From contig JBFWJC010000001.1 of assembly GCA_050253415.1 (NCBI GenBank), positions 32,001-96,000 of the forward strand: a stretch of DNA of 64,000 nt. The letters run 5' to 3'. This document shows positions 27,964 through 38,535 of the stretch, in pieces. This stretch comes from Pedobacter sp. Its GTDB lineage: Bacteria; Desulfobacterota; Desulfuromonadia; Desulfuromonadales; Syntrophotaleaceae. Under the pieces are notes generated by a model, which searched no databases, was not told the origin of the DNA, and was given only the letters and a program-made list of their open reading frames with translations. Every line of letters begins with the position of its first letter. Within the stretch, counting starts at the first letter, position 1. The position numbers and the translations under genes were made by a program.

Positions 27964-29049
27964 ATGCAGGCGAACGGGAAAAATAGTCGGGGCCGACACC
28001 TGTGGCAGATCACGGCCGTGCGGGATCTGCTATGGATCATGGCGGCGGCCATGCTGCTTTGGCTGACCTATAATGTGCGCTCCATCCTCCTGCCTATCTT
28101 CGCAGGTCTGGTCCTCGCGTATCTGTTTGATCCGGTCATCACTAAGTTCAAGCATCGTTGGGGCATTTCCCGCCTGCTATCGGTCCTTCTCATCTGCTTT
28201 CTGGTCCTTTTGGCCGGCACCGGGATCGGATATTGGGCTATCCCTGTGCTGGCAAAGCAGGCAGCCGCACTGGCAAAGGAGGTTCCAGACTACCTCCAGA
28301 CCCTAAACCAAAACTACGGTCTACAGATCCAGGATCTGGCCACCCGGCTCACCGGGCAGTTTCAAGGGACGGAGGATTCTATCCTCGATATATTAAAGAT
28401 CATCGCCGGAACGACCGTGGACATTGTTCTCTGGCTGCTTCTGCCGCCCATCTATTTCGTCTTTTTTGCCCTGAAGTTCCAGACCCTCAAGGAGGAAGGT
28501 TTCTCTTTCTTTTCCGCAGATCGCCATGCGCGAACGATGGATATCCTGCGGCGTATGGATGAGGCGGTCGGCGCCTTCTTTCGTGCCCGGCTCGTGATTT
28601 CTCTACTGGTCGGGATGATCTTCATCATCGGCTGGTGGCTGGCGAATGTTCCATACTGGTTTTTCCTGGGGGCGGTCACCGGGCTGCTCAGCATGATTCC
28701 TTACATGTCCATCGCAGGCTGGCTGCTCGCCCTTCTGGTCAAGTATTTCGACATGACCGCCGGGGCGGACGCTGCGGGCGCTGCGGGCGCTGACTGGATG
28801 GCCGTTCTGCTCTGGCCGAGCCTCGTCTTCGGAATCGGAAACTTCATCGAAGGATGGATCCTGACCCCCTGGATTCACGGCCGGACGACCCACCTCAACG
28901 CGATCATGATTTTAACCGTGGTTCTGATCGGGGGAGCGCTGGCCGGCTTCTGGGGTTTATTGTTCGGCATCCCCACTGCCATTTGTTTGACGATGCTGGC
29001 GGAAGAATTTCTGCTGCCATCCTTGCGAGATACGGGGAAAAAGGACTAG
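27964..29049 (+). CDS. AI-2E family transporter
   Basis: LAYLFDP; GLLSMIPY; NFIEGWILTPWIHG; GFWGLLFGIP; AAGGAG RBS. Confidence 0.9.
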   Translation: MQANGKNSRGRHLWQITAVRDLLWIMAAAMLLWLTYNVRSILLPIFAGLVLAYLFDPVITKFKHRWGISRLLSVLLICFLVLLAGTGIGYWAIPVLAKQAAALAKEVPDYLQTLNQNYGLQIQDLATRLTGQFQGTEDSILDILKIIAGTTVDIVLWLLLPPIYFVFFALKFQTLKEEGFSFFSADRHARTMDILRRMDEAVGAFFRARLVISLLVGMIFIIGWWLANVPYWFFLGAVTGLLSMIPYMSIAGWLLALLVKYFDMTAGADAAGAAGADWMAVLLWPSLVFGIGNFIEGWILTPWIHGRTTHLNAIMILTVVLIGGALAGFWGLLFGIPTAICLTMLAEEFLLPSLRDTGKKD

Positions 29050-29080
29050 CCAGCCGAGCTGTTCAGGGGAAAGTGCGCGC

Positions 29081-29280
29081 CGCATCTGGCGGGTGGTCAT
29101 GTGGGCATTGCTTACGGTGACGCAGCCTTCGAAGCGTTGCCGCTGGATGTCGCGGGCTCGCTCGATGTGATCGCGGATGAAGGCACTGCTTTCTGAATCG
29201 ACGGGGTCGGACAACTCCCGGTGCAGGATGCGCGGCACCTCAACGTGCAGATCGATGCGGTCGAGCAGCGGCCCGGACAG
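29081..29280 (-). pseudogene. Diverged duplicate of comM/yifB segment 29895-30094
   Basis: Gap-free 200-nt alignment with about 23 mismatches by manual count; encodes [17 protein letters not shown]...[10 protein letters not shown]. Confidence 0.93.
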
Positions 29281-29308
29281 ATGTTACCACAGAGGGGGGC
29301 ACCCATTA

Positions 29309-29488
29309 CTGCAGACGTCCGACGCCTTGACTCTTGCCGCCGGCATCGCGGTGGCTTTCGTCTCGGCGGTCCTGTCGGTTAAGTGGATGGTGGGCTACCT
29401 GCACCGCCACGGACTGGTTATTTTTGGTTATTACCGGGTGGGGTTGGCGCTGGTTACTGGAGCAATGCTGATGACCGGGACGCTCTGA
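29309..29488 (+). pseudogene. Diverged duplicate of the uppP 3' end (20874-21053)
   Basis: Gap-free 180-nt alignment with about 16 mismatches by manual count; ends at the same TGA. Confidence 0.95.
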
Positions 29489-29604
29489 TTCCGGAAGGAA
29501 CGACTGGAAAGATCTGGTACAGTCTCATCATTCTACGTTCCAATCCGCAGCCTCCCCCTCACCAGATTGAAGGGTTAAAAAAAAACCCTCCATCATGGAT
29601 TTCG

Positions 29605-29645
29605 AATAAAAAAAACGGTCCCGTTACTGCGGACCGTTTTTTATT
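29605..29645. terminator. Bidirectional intrinsic terminator
   Basis: AATAAAAAAAACGGTCC...GGACCGTTTTTTATT. Confidence 0.8.
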
Positions 29646-29695
29646 GCCATACTCCGTCATTCTTAGGGCATGCATCCAATCTGAAAACAGCCAAA

Positions 29696-31225
<1,530 letters not shown>

Positions 31226-31312
31226 GGTTACTCCTTGGACGGCTGTTGAAGTCGGATTCCGACCGCAACCGGCAAGTACAACCTAGTTACCCTGCCGACC
31301 ACTCGGAACGGA

Positions 31313-32239
31313 TTACTGCTCGTCGAGATATTTCTCCGCGGCGATGGCGGCCACGGCCCCATCACCGACGGCTGTGGCGATCTGCTTTAGCATCTTGTTG
31401 CGCACGTCACCGGCGGCGAACACGCCGGGCATGGAGGTACGGCACTCCCCATCGGTCATGATATAGCCATCCTCGTTAAGTTCGAGGACATCGGCAAGGA
31501 AGTGCGCCTTGGGGATCACGCCGATAGCGAAGAATACCCCTTCGAGGGCAAGCACGCTCTTATCGCCGGTAACCTTGTTGAGGACTTCCAGCCCGGAAAC
31601 GCCGCGATTGTCGCTCAATACCTGTTCGGGGACGCTGTCCCAGACCACTTCGATCTTGTCGTTGGCAAAGATGCGTTCCTGCAGGATACGGGTCGCGCGC
31701 AGAGCATCGCGGCGATGCACCAGATAGACCTTGGAAGCGAAACGGCTCAAAAACAGGGCCTCTTCGGCAGCCGTGTCACCACCGCCGACTACCGCTATCG
31801 GCACGTTGCGGAAAAAAGCACCGTCGCAGGTGGCACAGTAGGAGACACCCCGCCCGACCAGCTCCTTTTCGCCGGGGATGCCGAGCTTGCGCGGTTCGGC
31901 GCCGGTGGTCACGATCACGGCGCGGGCCTGGACCAGCTTGCCGTCAACGGTCACCTCTTTGGTAGCGCCCAGGTCGCGCAGTGCCTGAACTTCGCCCTGG
32001 ACGATTTCCAACCCGAATTCCTGGCAGTGTTCCTGGAAGCGCTGCATCAGTTCCGGGCCGTCAACCCCGCCGGGAAACCCGGGGTAATTCTCGATTTTGG
32101 TGGTGGTGATGACCTGGCCGCCGATCATCATGCTTTCGACCAGCACGGTTTTCAGATCGGCGCGCGAAGTATACAGACCTGCGGTCAAGCCGGCCGGACC
32201 ACCGCCGATAATCAGCACATCATAAAGTGTATTTTCCAT
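31313..32239 (-). CDS. trxB: Thioredoxin-disulfide reductase
   Basis: GGGPAG; ENYPGF; CATCDG; GGGDTA; FAAGD. Confidence 0.96.
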   Translation of the reverse strand: MENTLYDVLIIGGGPAGLTAGLYTSRADLKTVLVESMMIGGQVITTTKIENYPGFPGGVDGPELMQRFQEHCQEFGLEIVQGEVQALRDLGATKEVTVDGKLVQARAVIVTTGAEPRKLGIPGEKELVGRGVSYCATCDGAFFRNVPIAVVGGGDTAAEEALFLSRFASKVYLVHRRDALRATRILQERIFANDKIEVVWDSVPEQVLSDNRGVSGLEVLNKVTGDKSVLALEGVFFAIGVIPKAHFLADVLELNEDGYIMTDGECRTSMPGVFAAGDVRNKMLKQIATAVGDGAVAAIAAEKYLDEQ

Positions 32240-32489
32240 CGGTTTCACTCCTTACTTGAATCGTATTGGCAACCAGGCTCCCGGCTCTGAAACCCGAAAG
32301 CATGGTTATCTGACTGTGTGCGAACAACCCTATATAGCATGTCAACGGGGAATAGGGGAAGGGTTCACCACCATGCGCTTTTGACAAAATTCCCTACCCC
32401 CTTGTCTTGCAGGGCAAGCAGGGCTAATATGACGGCATCGCATGCAGCTCCCATCCCTCATCCATTTTCTCAGGTGCGGACGACAATCC

Positions 32490-32948
32490 ATGGCACGTAA
32501 AAAAACTCAAAAAAAAGCCCTTAAAAAACCGTATTCCTTTATCAGAGCATTGTTATGGACCTTCTGTTTCCTGGCCCTGCTTTTGACTCTGGATCAACTG
32601 GCCCTGCGCCTGCATCCTGCCACGCCGGTACTGCAGGAGCTGCAGAGCGATTACCGCGAGTTCCGTAGCCGCCTGCTTGGCAAAACGCCGAGAGAACCCC
32701 TGACCATCGAGGCGGTTATCAACGCGGATGCCACCCCCCCGGTTAAAAAACCGCAAAAAGTTGCGCCTCAAAAATCGCTCAAAATCTCTACCAAGGCGCC
32801 TCAACAACACGTTTTGCAGAAAAAGCCCTCCACCCCGACGGCTGATAAATATCTTTACGTCGATGCCGAGGGTGAACTGCAATTTGCCGACCGCCTGGAA
32901 GAGATCCCCGCGGCCCTGCGCAGCGGCGCCCAACCGCTCAAAGATTAA
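32490..32948 (+). CDS. Hypothetical single-TM protein with Lys/Pro-rich linker and DUF4124-like C-terminus
   Basis: Basic N-terminus, one TM helix, YLYVDAEGELQFAD..EEIP. Confidence 0.6.
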   Translation: MARKKTQKKALKKPYSFIRALLWTFCFLALLLTLDQLALRLHPATPVLQELQSDYREFRSRLLGKTPREPLTIEAVINADATPPVKKPQKVAPQKSLKISTKAPQQHVLQKKPSTPTADKYLYVDAEGELQFADRLEEIPAALRSGAQPLKD

Positions 32949-32980
32949 CGACGAACAACCCCTCCCTGCCCGGTTTTATT

Positions 32981-33793
32981 TCAGGTCAAAACGCCGTAAA
33001 CATCCGGCCGCCGATCATGCCAGGCAGGGATCGCCTCCCGGTAGACACGCTGATCCTCCCGATCGAGATCCGCCAGCACCTCGCACGGTTCTTCGCCCCC
33101 TTCGGCCAAGACCTCACCGCGTGGAGAGACGATCAGGCTCATGCCGAAAAAATCGAGTTTACCCTGCACCCCACAGCAATTGGCCGCCACCATGAAGACC
33201 TGGTTTTCGATAGCCCTGGCCTTCAGCAAGGTGCACCAGTGATCCTGTCGCGGCTTGGGCCATTGCGCCGGCAGACAGATTATCTCTGCACCGTCGAGAG
33301 TCAATCGGCGAAACAACTCCGGAAATCGTAGATCGTAACAGATCGCCAGCCCGACGCGACCGACAGAGGTATCAGCCACCAGGGTCGCATCGCCTGCGCG
33401 CAAATAGCGATCCTCGCGCATCGGCGAAAACAGATGCAACTTACGGTAGCGGCCTTTGACGGCACCGCTGTCCACCAGATAGGAAGTATTGAACAAGGCA
33501 TCGCCGTCAAGCTCCGGCATGCTGCCGACAATAACCATCTCCCGCGTCGCGGAAAATTCCATCAAGGCCTGCACCACCCGGGGGGTATGCACCGCCAGGG
33601 CCGCCAGATTCCGGTAATCGAAGCCGCTGCTCCACATCTCCGGCAACACCGCCAGACGTACACCCTGCTGTACCAGTCGCTCAAGCCCGGCCAGAACCCT
33701 TTGCAGATTATGCTCGACATCGCCCATGGCGACATTGAACTGCACACATCCGGCACAGAGCGAGGCTGTCTGCAACTTTGTTTTAGTTGGCAT
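32981..33793 (-). CDS. Carbon-nitrogen hydrolase (nitrilase superfamily)
   Basis: LPEMW, YRKLHLF and ICYDLRFPE (E-K-C triad); ARAIENQ. Confidence 0.93.
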   Translation of the reverse strand: MPTKTKLQTASLCAGCVQFNVAMGDVEHNLQRVLAGLERLVQQGVRLAVLPEMWSSGFDYRNLAALAVHTPRVVQALMEFSATREMVIVGSMPELDGDALFNTSYLVDSGAVKGRYRKLHLFSPMREDRYLRAGDATLVADTSVGRVGLAICYDLRFPELFRRLTLDGAEIICLPAQWPKPRQDHWCTLLKARAIENQVFMVAANCCGVQGKLDFFGMSLIVSPRGEVLAEGGEEPCEVLADLDREDQRVYREAIPAWHDRRPDVYGVLT

Positions 33794-34040
33794 GCGGTTC
33801 TCCTCCCGAAAATCAAAATGCGTCGCAGGTCATACTAAGGGAGGCTCGCCTTTCAAAGCAAGTCCGCAGCTCTCCTGTCTCCCGTTTTTGCCTCTTGACT
33901 CTATCCATCAATGGCGAGAATATCCGCGCGATTGGAACCAGCGTTGAGGCGGGGGATCCTGGGTTATCGAAGCGCCTCTATCCTGCTGCGGCCTTTTCAC
34001 CCTCTCTCTCTCTTGCTTTTTTCGACGAAAGGCATGCCCC

Positions 34041-35468
34041 ATGTCAAAATTCAGCCTTTTACCCGGTATCATTCTTGTTTTGTTTTCCATGGCCTTGCCG
34101 GTGTCGGCCAGTGAAGGCCTTTCCGCCCCCTCTAACCTGACGGCCACCCCCTTCGCCATTATCGGCCTCTTACTTTTCCTTGCCGCCTATACTTTGGTAA
34201 TCATGGAAGAGAAGTTACACCTGCGCAAAAGCAAGCCGGTGATCGTTGCCGCGGGCCTCATCTGGATCATGGTGGCCCTCGCCTACCGGCATCTCGGCCG
34301 GCCCGAGGCGGTCCACGATGCCATACTGGGCAATCTTACCGAGTATGGCGAGCTGTTCCTTTTCCTGCTGGCGGCCATGACCTACATCAATGCCATGGAG
34401 GAGCGCAACGTGTTTCGCAGCCTGCGCATGTGGCTGGTCTCGCGCGGCTTCACCCTGCGGCAGATATTCTGGCTTACCGGAATTCTATCCTTTTTCATCT
34501 CGGCGTTGGCAGATAACCTGACCACCGCCCTGCTGATGGGCACCGTGGTCATGACCGTGGGGGGCACCAACCGCAAATTCATCGTGCCGGCATGCATCAA
34601 TATCGTAGTCGCCGCAAATGCCGGGGGAGCCTTCTGCCCGTTTGGGGACATCACCACCCTTATGGTCTGGCAGAAAGGCATGCTCGGCTTCTTTCAATTT
34701 TTCCACCTGTTCCTGCCTTCCCTGATCAATTGGCTGATCCCGGCCTTTTGTCTTAGCTTCGCCATTGCCAAGGACGCTCCGGACGCCAAGGTTGACAATA
34801 TCGCTATGAAGCCCGGCGCCCGCCGCATCATCGCCCTGTTTTTGCTGACCATCGCCACCGCCGTGTCGTTCCACAACTTTCTGCACCTGCCGCCGGCGGT
34901 GGGCATGATGCTGGGACTGGGGTACCTGTCGTTTTTCGGATATTTCCTTAAACGCTGCGAACACCGACAGGCTGCCGGGGACGGCCCGCTGGATATGACC
35001 GGTACCGACGGGCAGCCCGGCTTCGATCTGTTCCGCAAGATCGCCAAGGCCGAATGGGATACGCTGCTGTTCTTTTACGGGGTCATTTTGTGCGTCGGCG
35101 GCCTCGGCCAATTCGGCTACCTGGCCCTAGCCTCCAACTTCATGTACAACGATCTCGGGCCCACCACGGCCAACGTGCTGGTGGGAGTCTTGTCCGCCAT
35201 CGTCGACAACATCCCGGTGATGTTCGGCGTGTTGACCATGAACCCGCCCATGTCCCACGGCCAGTGGCTGCTGGTGACCCTTACCGCAGGGGTCGGCGGC
35301 AGCATGCTTTCCATCGGTTCGGCCGCGGGTGTGGCCATGATGGGTACCGCCCGCGGCTTGTATACTTTCAGCAGTCATCTGAAATGGGCCTGGGCCATCG
35401 CCCTCGGCTACGCAGCCAGTATTTTGCTTCACCTGCTTATCAACCGCGCCCTGTTCTCCATCTTCTGA
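34041..35468 (+). CDS. nhaD: Na+/H+ antiporter NhaD, paralogue 1
   Basis: EEKLHLRKSKP; AMTYIN; DNLTTAL; ANAGGAF.PFGDITT; SAIVDNIP; SIGSAAGVA. Confidence 0.92.
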   Translation: MSKFSLLPGIILVLFSMALPVSASEGLSAPSNLTATPFAIIGLLLFLAAYTLVIMEEKLHLRKSKPVIVAAGLIWIMVALAYRHLGRPEAVHDAILGNLTEYGELFLFLLAAMTYINAMEERNVFRSLRMWLVSRGFTLRQIFWLTGILSFFISALADNLTTALLMGTVVMTVGGTNRKFIVPACINIVVAANAGGAFCPFGDITTLMVWQKGMLGFFQFFHLFLPSLINWLIPAFCLSFAIAKDAPDAKVDNIAMKPGARRIIALFLLTIATAVSFHNFLHLPPAVGMMLGLGYLSFFGYFLKRCEHRQAAGDGPLDMTGTDGQPGFDLFRKIAKAEWDTLLFFYGVILCVGGLGQFGYLALASNFMYNDLGPTTANVLVGVLSAIVDNIPVMFGVLTMNPPMSHGQWLLVTLTAGVGGSMLSIGSAAGVAMMGTARGLYTFSSHLKWAWAIALGYAASILLHLLINRALFSIF

Positions 35469-35777
35469 TATACGGCTGACAGGACCCGGACAATCAATCG
35501 GCCCGGCTCATGGGAGCGCACCTGCGTGATACTTACGTTCAGCCTCCCCGAGCCGGGCAAAGACTCCACAGCGAATCATCCCTGCCATCAGCCTGCTACC
35601 GCGCCCAGCCCCGCCAGCATTCAAAAATGCTTATCCTTTCATCAAATAAGCCACGTCGTGCTTGACTCCGACAGGCTAAATGGGAAAAGATAAGTACTTT
35701 TGGGGCAACGCACCGATGCGTATCCGGCCTTGAATCCATTTTTGAGACGAATAATATTTTCAATGGGGATGAGACAA

Positions 35778-37193
35778 GTGAAAAAACTTTTGCCGTTTAT
35801 AGGGACGTTGTTCATAACAGGCCTGGCTGCCATGCCGGCTGTTGCCAGCGGTGGCGAGCATGTGGCAGACCTGACGCAAACACCTTACGGAATGATCGGC
35901 CTGGTGCTGTTTGTTGCCGCCTACGCACTGGTCATTTTTGAAGAAAAACTGCATCTGCGCAAAAGCAAACCGGTCATTCTGGCCGCCGGTATCATCTGGA
36001 TTCTGGTGGCCCTGGCGTATAAACACATCGGGCAGCCTGAAGCGGCCCACCATGCCATTCTGGGCAACCTGGTCGAATACGCCGAGCTGTTTTTGTTTTT
36101 ACTGGCAGCCATGACCTATATCAACGCCATGGAAGAACGCAATGTCTTTCGTTCCCTGCGTTCCTGGCTGGTTTCACGCGGGTTTACCCTGCGCACCGTG
36201 TTCTGGCTTACCGGCCTGCTGTCGTTTCTCATCTCACCGGTGGCGGACAACCTGACCACCGCTCTGCTGATGGGCACCGTGGCCATGACCGTGGGTGGCG
36301 CCAATCGTCGTTTCATTACCCTGGCCTGCATCAATATCGTAGTCGCTGCCAATGCCGGCGGGGCTTTTTCCCCCTTTGGCGACATCACCACCCTGATGGT
36401 CTGGCAGAAGGGCAAGGTCGATTTCATCGAGTTTTTCTCCATCTTCCTGCCCGCACTGGTCAACTGGTTGATCCCGGCTATTATCATGAGCTTGACCATT
36501 AAAAAAGAGCAGCCCGAAGCCCTGGACCAGGTCATGCAGATGAAATTCGGCGCCCGGCGCATTATCGTTTTGTTCCTGCTGACCATTGTCACAGCCGTGT
36601 CCTTCCACAACTTCCTGCATCTGCCGCCGGCGGTGGGCATGATGCTGGGTCTGGGCTATCTGTCGTTTTTTTCTTACTATATCAAGCGCAAAGAACACCG
36701 TCTGAATGCCGGCGATGGCCCGCTTGACATCACCGGCACCAACGGTCAGCCCGGCTTTGATCTGTTCCGCAAGATCGCCAAGGCCGAATGGGATACCCTG
36801 CTGTTCTTTTACGGGGTCATTTTATGCGTCGGCGGCCTCGGTCAGTTCGGTTATCTGGCCATGGCCTCCAATTTCATGTACCTCGATCTCGGCGCCACCA
36901 CCGCCAACGTTTTGGTAGGGATATTGTCTGCCATCGTCGACAATATTCCGGTGATGTTCGCAGTGTTAACCATGGACCCGCAGATGTCCCACGGCCAGTG
37001 GCTGCTGGTGACCCTCACCGCCGGAGTCGGCGGCAGTCTGCTGTCCATCGGCTCGGCGGCCGGCGTGGCCCTGATGGGCAGTGCGCGCGGTATATATACC
37101 TTCGGTCAACATCTTAAATGGACCTGGGCAGTAGCCCTCGGTTACGCTGCCAGCATCCTTGTGCACCTGTGGATCAACGTTCACCACATGTAA
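35778..37193 (+). CDS. nhaD: Na+/H+ antiporter NhaD, paralogue 2 (start could be 35763, 35769 or 35778)
   Basis: Same NhaD motifs; colinear with and highly similar to paralogue 1. Confidence 0.92.
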   Translation: MKKLLPFIGTLFITGLAAMPAVASGGEHVADLTQTPYGMIGLVLFVAAYALVIFEEKLHLRKSKPVILAAGIIWILVALAYKHIGQPEAAHHAILGNLVEYAELFLFLLAAMTYINAMEERNVFRSLRSWLVSRGFTLRTVFWLTGLLSFLISPVADNLTTALLMGTVAMTVGGANRRFITLACINIVVAANAGGAFSPFGDITTLMVWQKGKVDFIEFFSIFLPALVNWLIPAIIMSLTIKKEQPEALDQVMQMKFGARRIIVLFLLTIVTAVSFHNFLHLPPAVGMMLGLGYLSFFSYYIKRKEHRLNAGDGPLDITGTNGQPGFDLFRKIAKAEWDTLLFFYGVILCVGGLGQFGYLAMASNFMYLDLGATTANVLVGILSAIVDNIPVMFAVLTMDPQMSHGQWLLVTLTAGVGGSLLSIGSAAGVALMGSARGIYTFGQHLKWTWAVALGYAASILVHLWINVHHM

Positions 37194-37234
37194 ACCGGCC
37201 CGGGCCTTCAGGGCCTGCCGGTCTTACCCACACC

Positions 37235-38389
37235 ATTAAGCCCCGAGCCTTTGAAGGGCCGGGGCTTTATCTGCATATCCCCTTCTGCCTGCGCAAATGC
37301 CCCTATTGCGACTTTTTTTCCCTGCCTGCAGATCCGGAACTGCTCACCGCCTATCCCGACCTGCTTATCGCCCAACTTGAACGCGAAAGCCGCACGCATC
37401 GTTGGCAAGGCCCATTTTCAACCGTCTTTTTCGGCGGAGGCACCCCCTCCCTGCTACCGCCTGAGGCCATCGGTCGCATCCTGACACAAGCCGACCGCCT
37501 GTTCGGTCTGACCTCCCGGGTGGAAATTTCCCTCGAGGCCAATCCCGGCACGGTATCTCTCGACAGTTTAAGCGGTTATCGCGCCGCCGGAGTCAACCGC
37601 CTGTCGTTTGGGGTGCAATCCCTCAACGATGCGTACCTCCAGCGTCTGGGCCGGATCCACACCGCCGCCGATGCCAGAAACGCGGTACGCTGGGCCCGCA
37701 ATGCCGGGTTTGATAACCTGTCCTGCGATCTGATCTTCGCCTTGCCTCATCAATCGCCGCAGGCCGCTCTCGCGGACCTGGAAGCTGTGCTGGACCTGGC
37801 CCCGCAACATCTGTCGTGCTACGGACTCGGCATCGAACCTGACACTGTTTTTGCGCAACAGTTGGATACGGGTGAACTGCACCCTGCTTCAGAAGAAATC
37901 TACGCCGAAATGTTCTGCCAGCTGCACTCGCAGCTCACCAATGCCGGTTTCGAGCATTACGAAATCTCCAACTACGCCCGTCCGGGCAAAGCTTGCCTGC
38001 ACAATCTCAACACCTGGCAGAGACACCCCTACCTGGGGCTCGGCCCCGGAGCCCATTCCTTTTGTGCCAGCGAATGGGGAGAGCGCCGATCCGTGCCACC
38101 CGATCTTGAGACTTACATCGCCGCAGTAACCACCGGGCTCGACCCGACCGTATGTCTTGAAACCTTCGATCTCTCCGGCGCCATGGCGGAGACAGCCTAT
38201 CTGGGTCTCAGATGTACCGAGGGTGTGGAAGACGCCGGTTTTTTCAACCGTTTCGGAACGCGATTCACCGATGCCTTTCCTCAGGCGATAGCGCGTTGCG
38301 GGGAGCACCTTACCCGGCAACACGGATACTGGAATCTGGACCTGCAGGGGTGGCTGCTTTTCGACCATTTTATAAGTGGTTTCCTGTAG
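37235..38389 (+). CDS. hemW: Radical SAM heme chaperone HemW (start codon uncertain)
   Basis: LYLHIPFCLRKCPYCDF (CxxxCxxC); FGGGTPS; EANP; HYEISNY; HN..W; located upstream of hrcA. Confidence 0.9.
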   Translation: MKPRAFEGPGLYLHIPFCLRKCPYCDFFSLPADPELLTAYPDLLIAQLERESRTHRWQGPFSTVFFGGGTPSLLPPEAIGRILTQADRLFGLTSRVEISLEANPGTVSLDSLSGYRAAGVNRLSFGVQSLNDAYLQRLGRIHTAADARNAVRWARNAGFDNLSCDLIFALPHQSPQAALADLEAVLDLAPQHLSCYGLGIEPDTVFAQQLDTGELHPASEEIYAEMFCQLHSQLTNAGFEHYEISNYARPGKACLHNLNTWQRHPYLGLGPGAHSFCASEWGERRSVPPDLETYIAAVTTGLDPTVCLETFDLSGAMAETAYLGLRCTEGVEDAGFFNRFGTRFTDAFPQAIARCGEHLTRQHGYWNLDLQGWLLFDHFISGFL

Positions 38390-38422
38390 GCGTTTCAGCT
38401 CTTTTTTACGCCGGTTTTGCCC

Positions 38423-38451
38423 TTGACAAAGGGTAGGGCCGTTGTTATGTT
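38423..38451 (+). promoter_or_regulatory. Sigma70 promoter of the hrcA-grpE-dnaK-dnaJ operon
   Basis: TTGACA-N17-TATGTT, just upstream of CIRCE. Confidence 0.75.
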
Positions 38452-38459
38452 GTCTTCCG

Positions 38460-38486
38460 TTAGCACTCAATAAGCAAGAGTGCTAA
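38460..38486 (+). promoter_or_regulatory. CIRCE element (HrcA operator)
   Basis: Exact consensus TTAGCACTC-N9-GAGTGCTAA. Confidence 0.98.
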
Positions 38487-38535
38487 CGGCCCTTCAAGCC
38501 GGATGTCCCGGCTTGTTTTACGATTGAGTCTTGCG

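Noticed and set aside
28763..28795. 9-bp tandem repeat (GCTGCGGGC) in the AI-2E gene
   Set aside because: In-frame two-copy micro-duplication in a loop; no effect on frame
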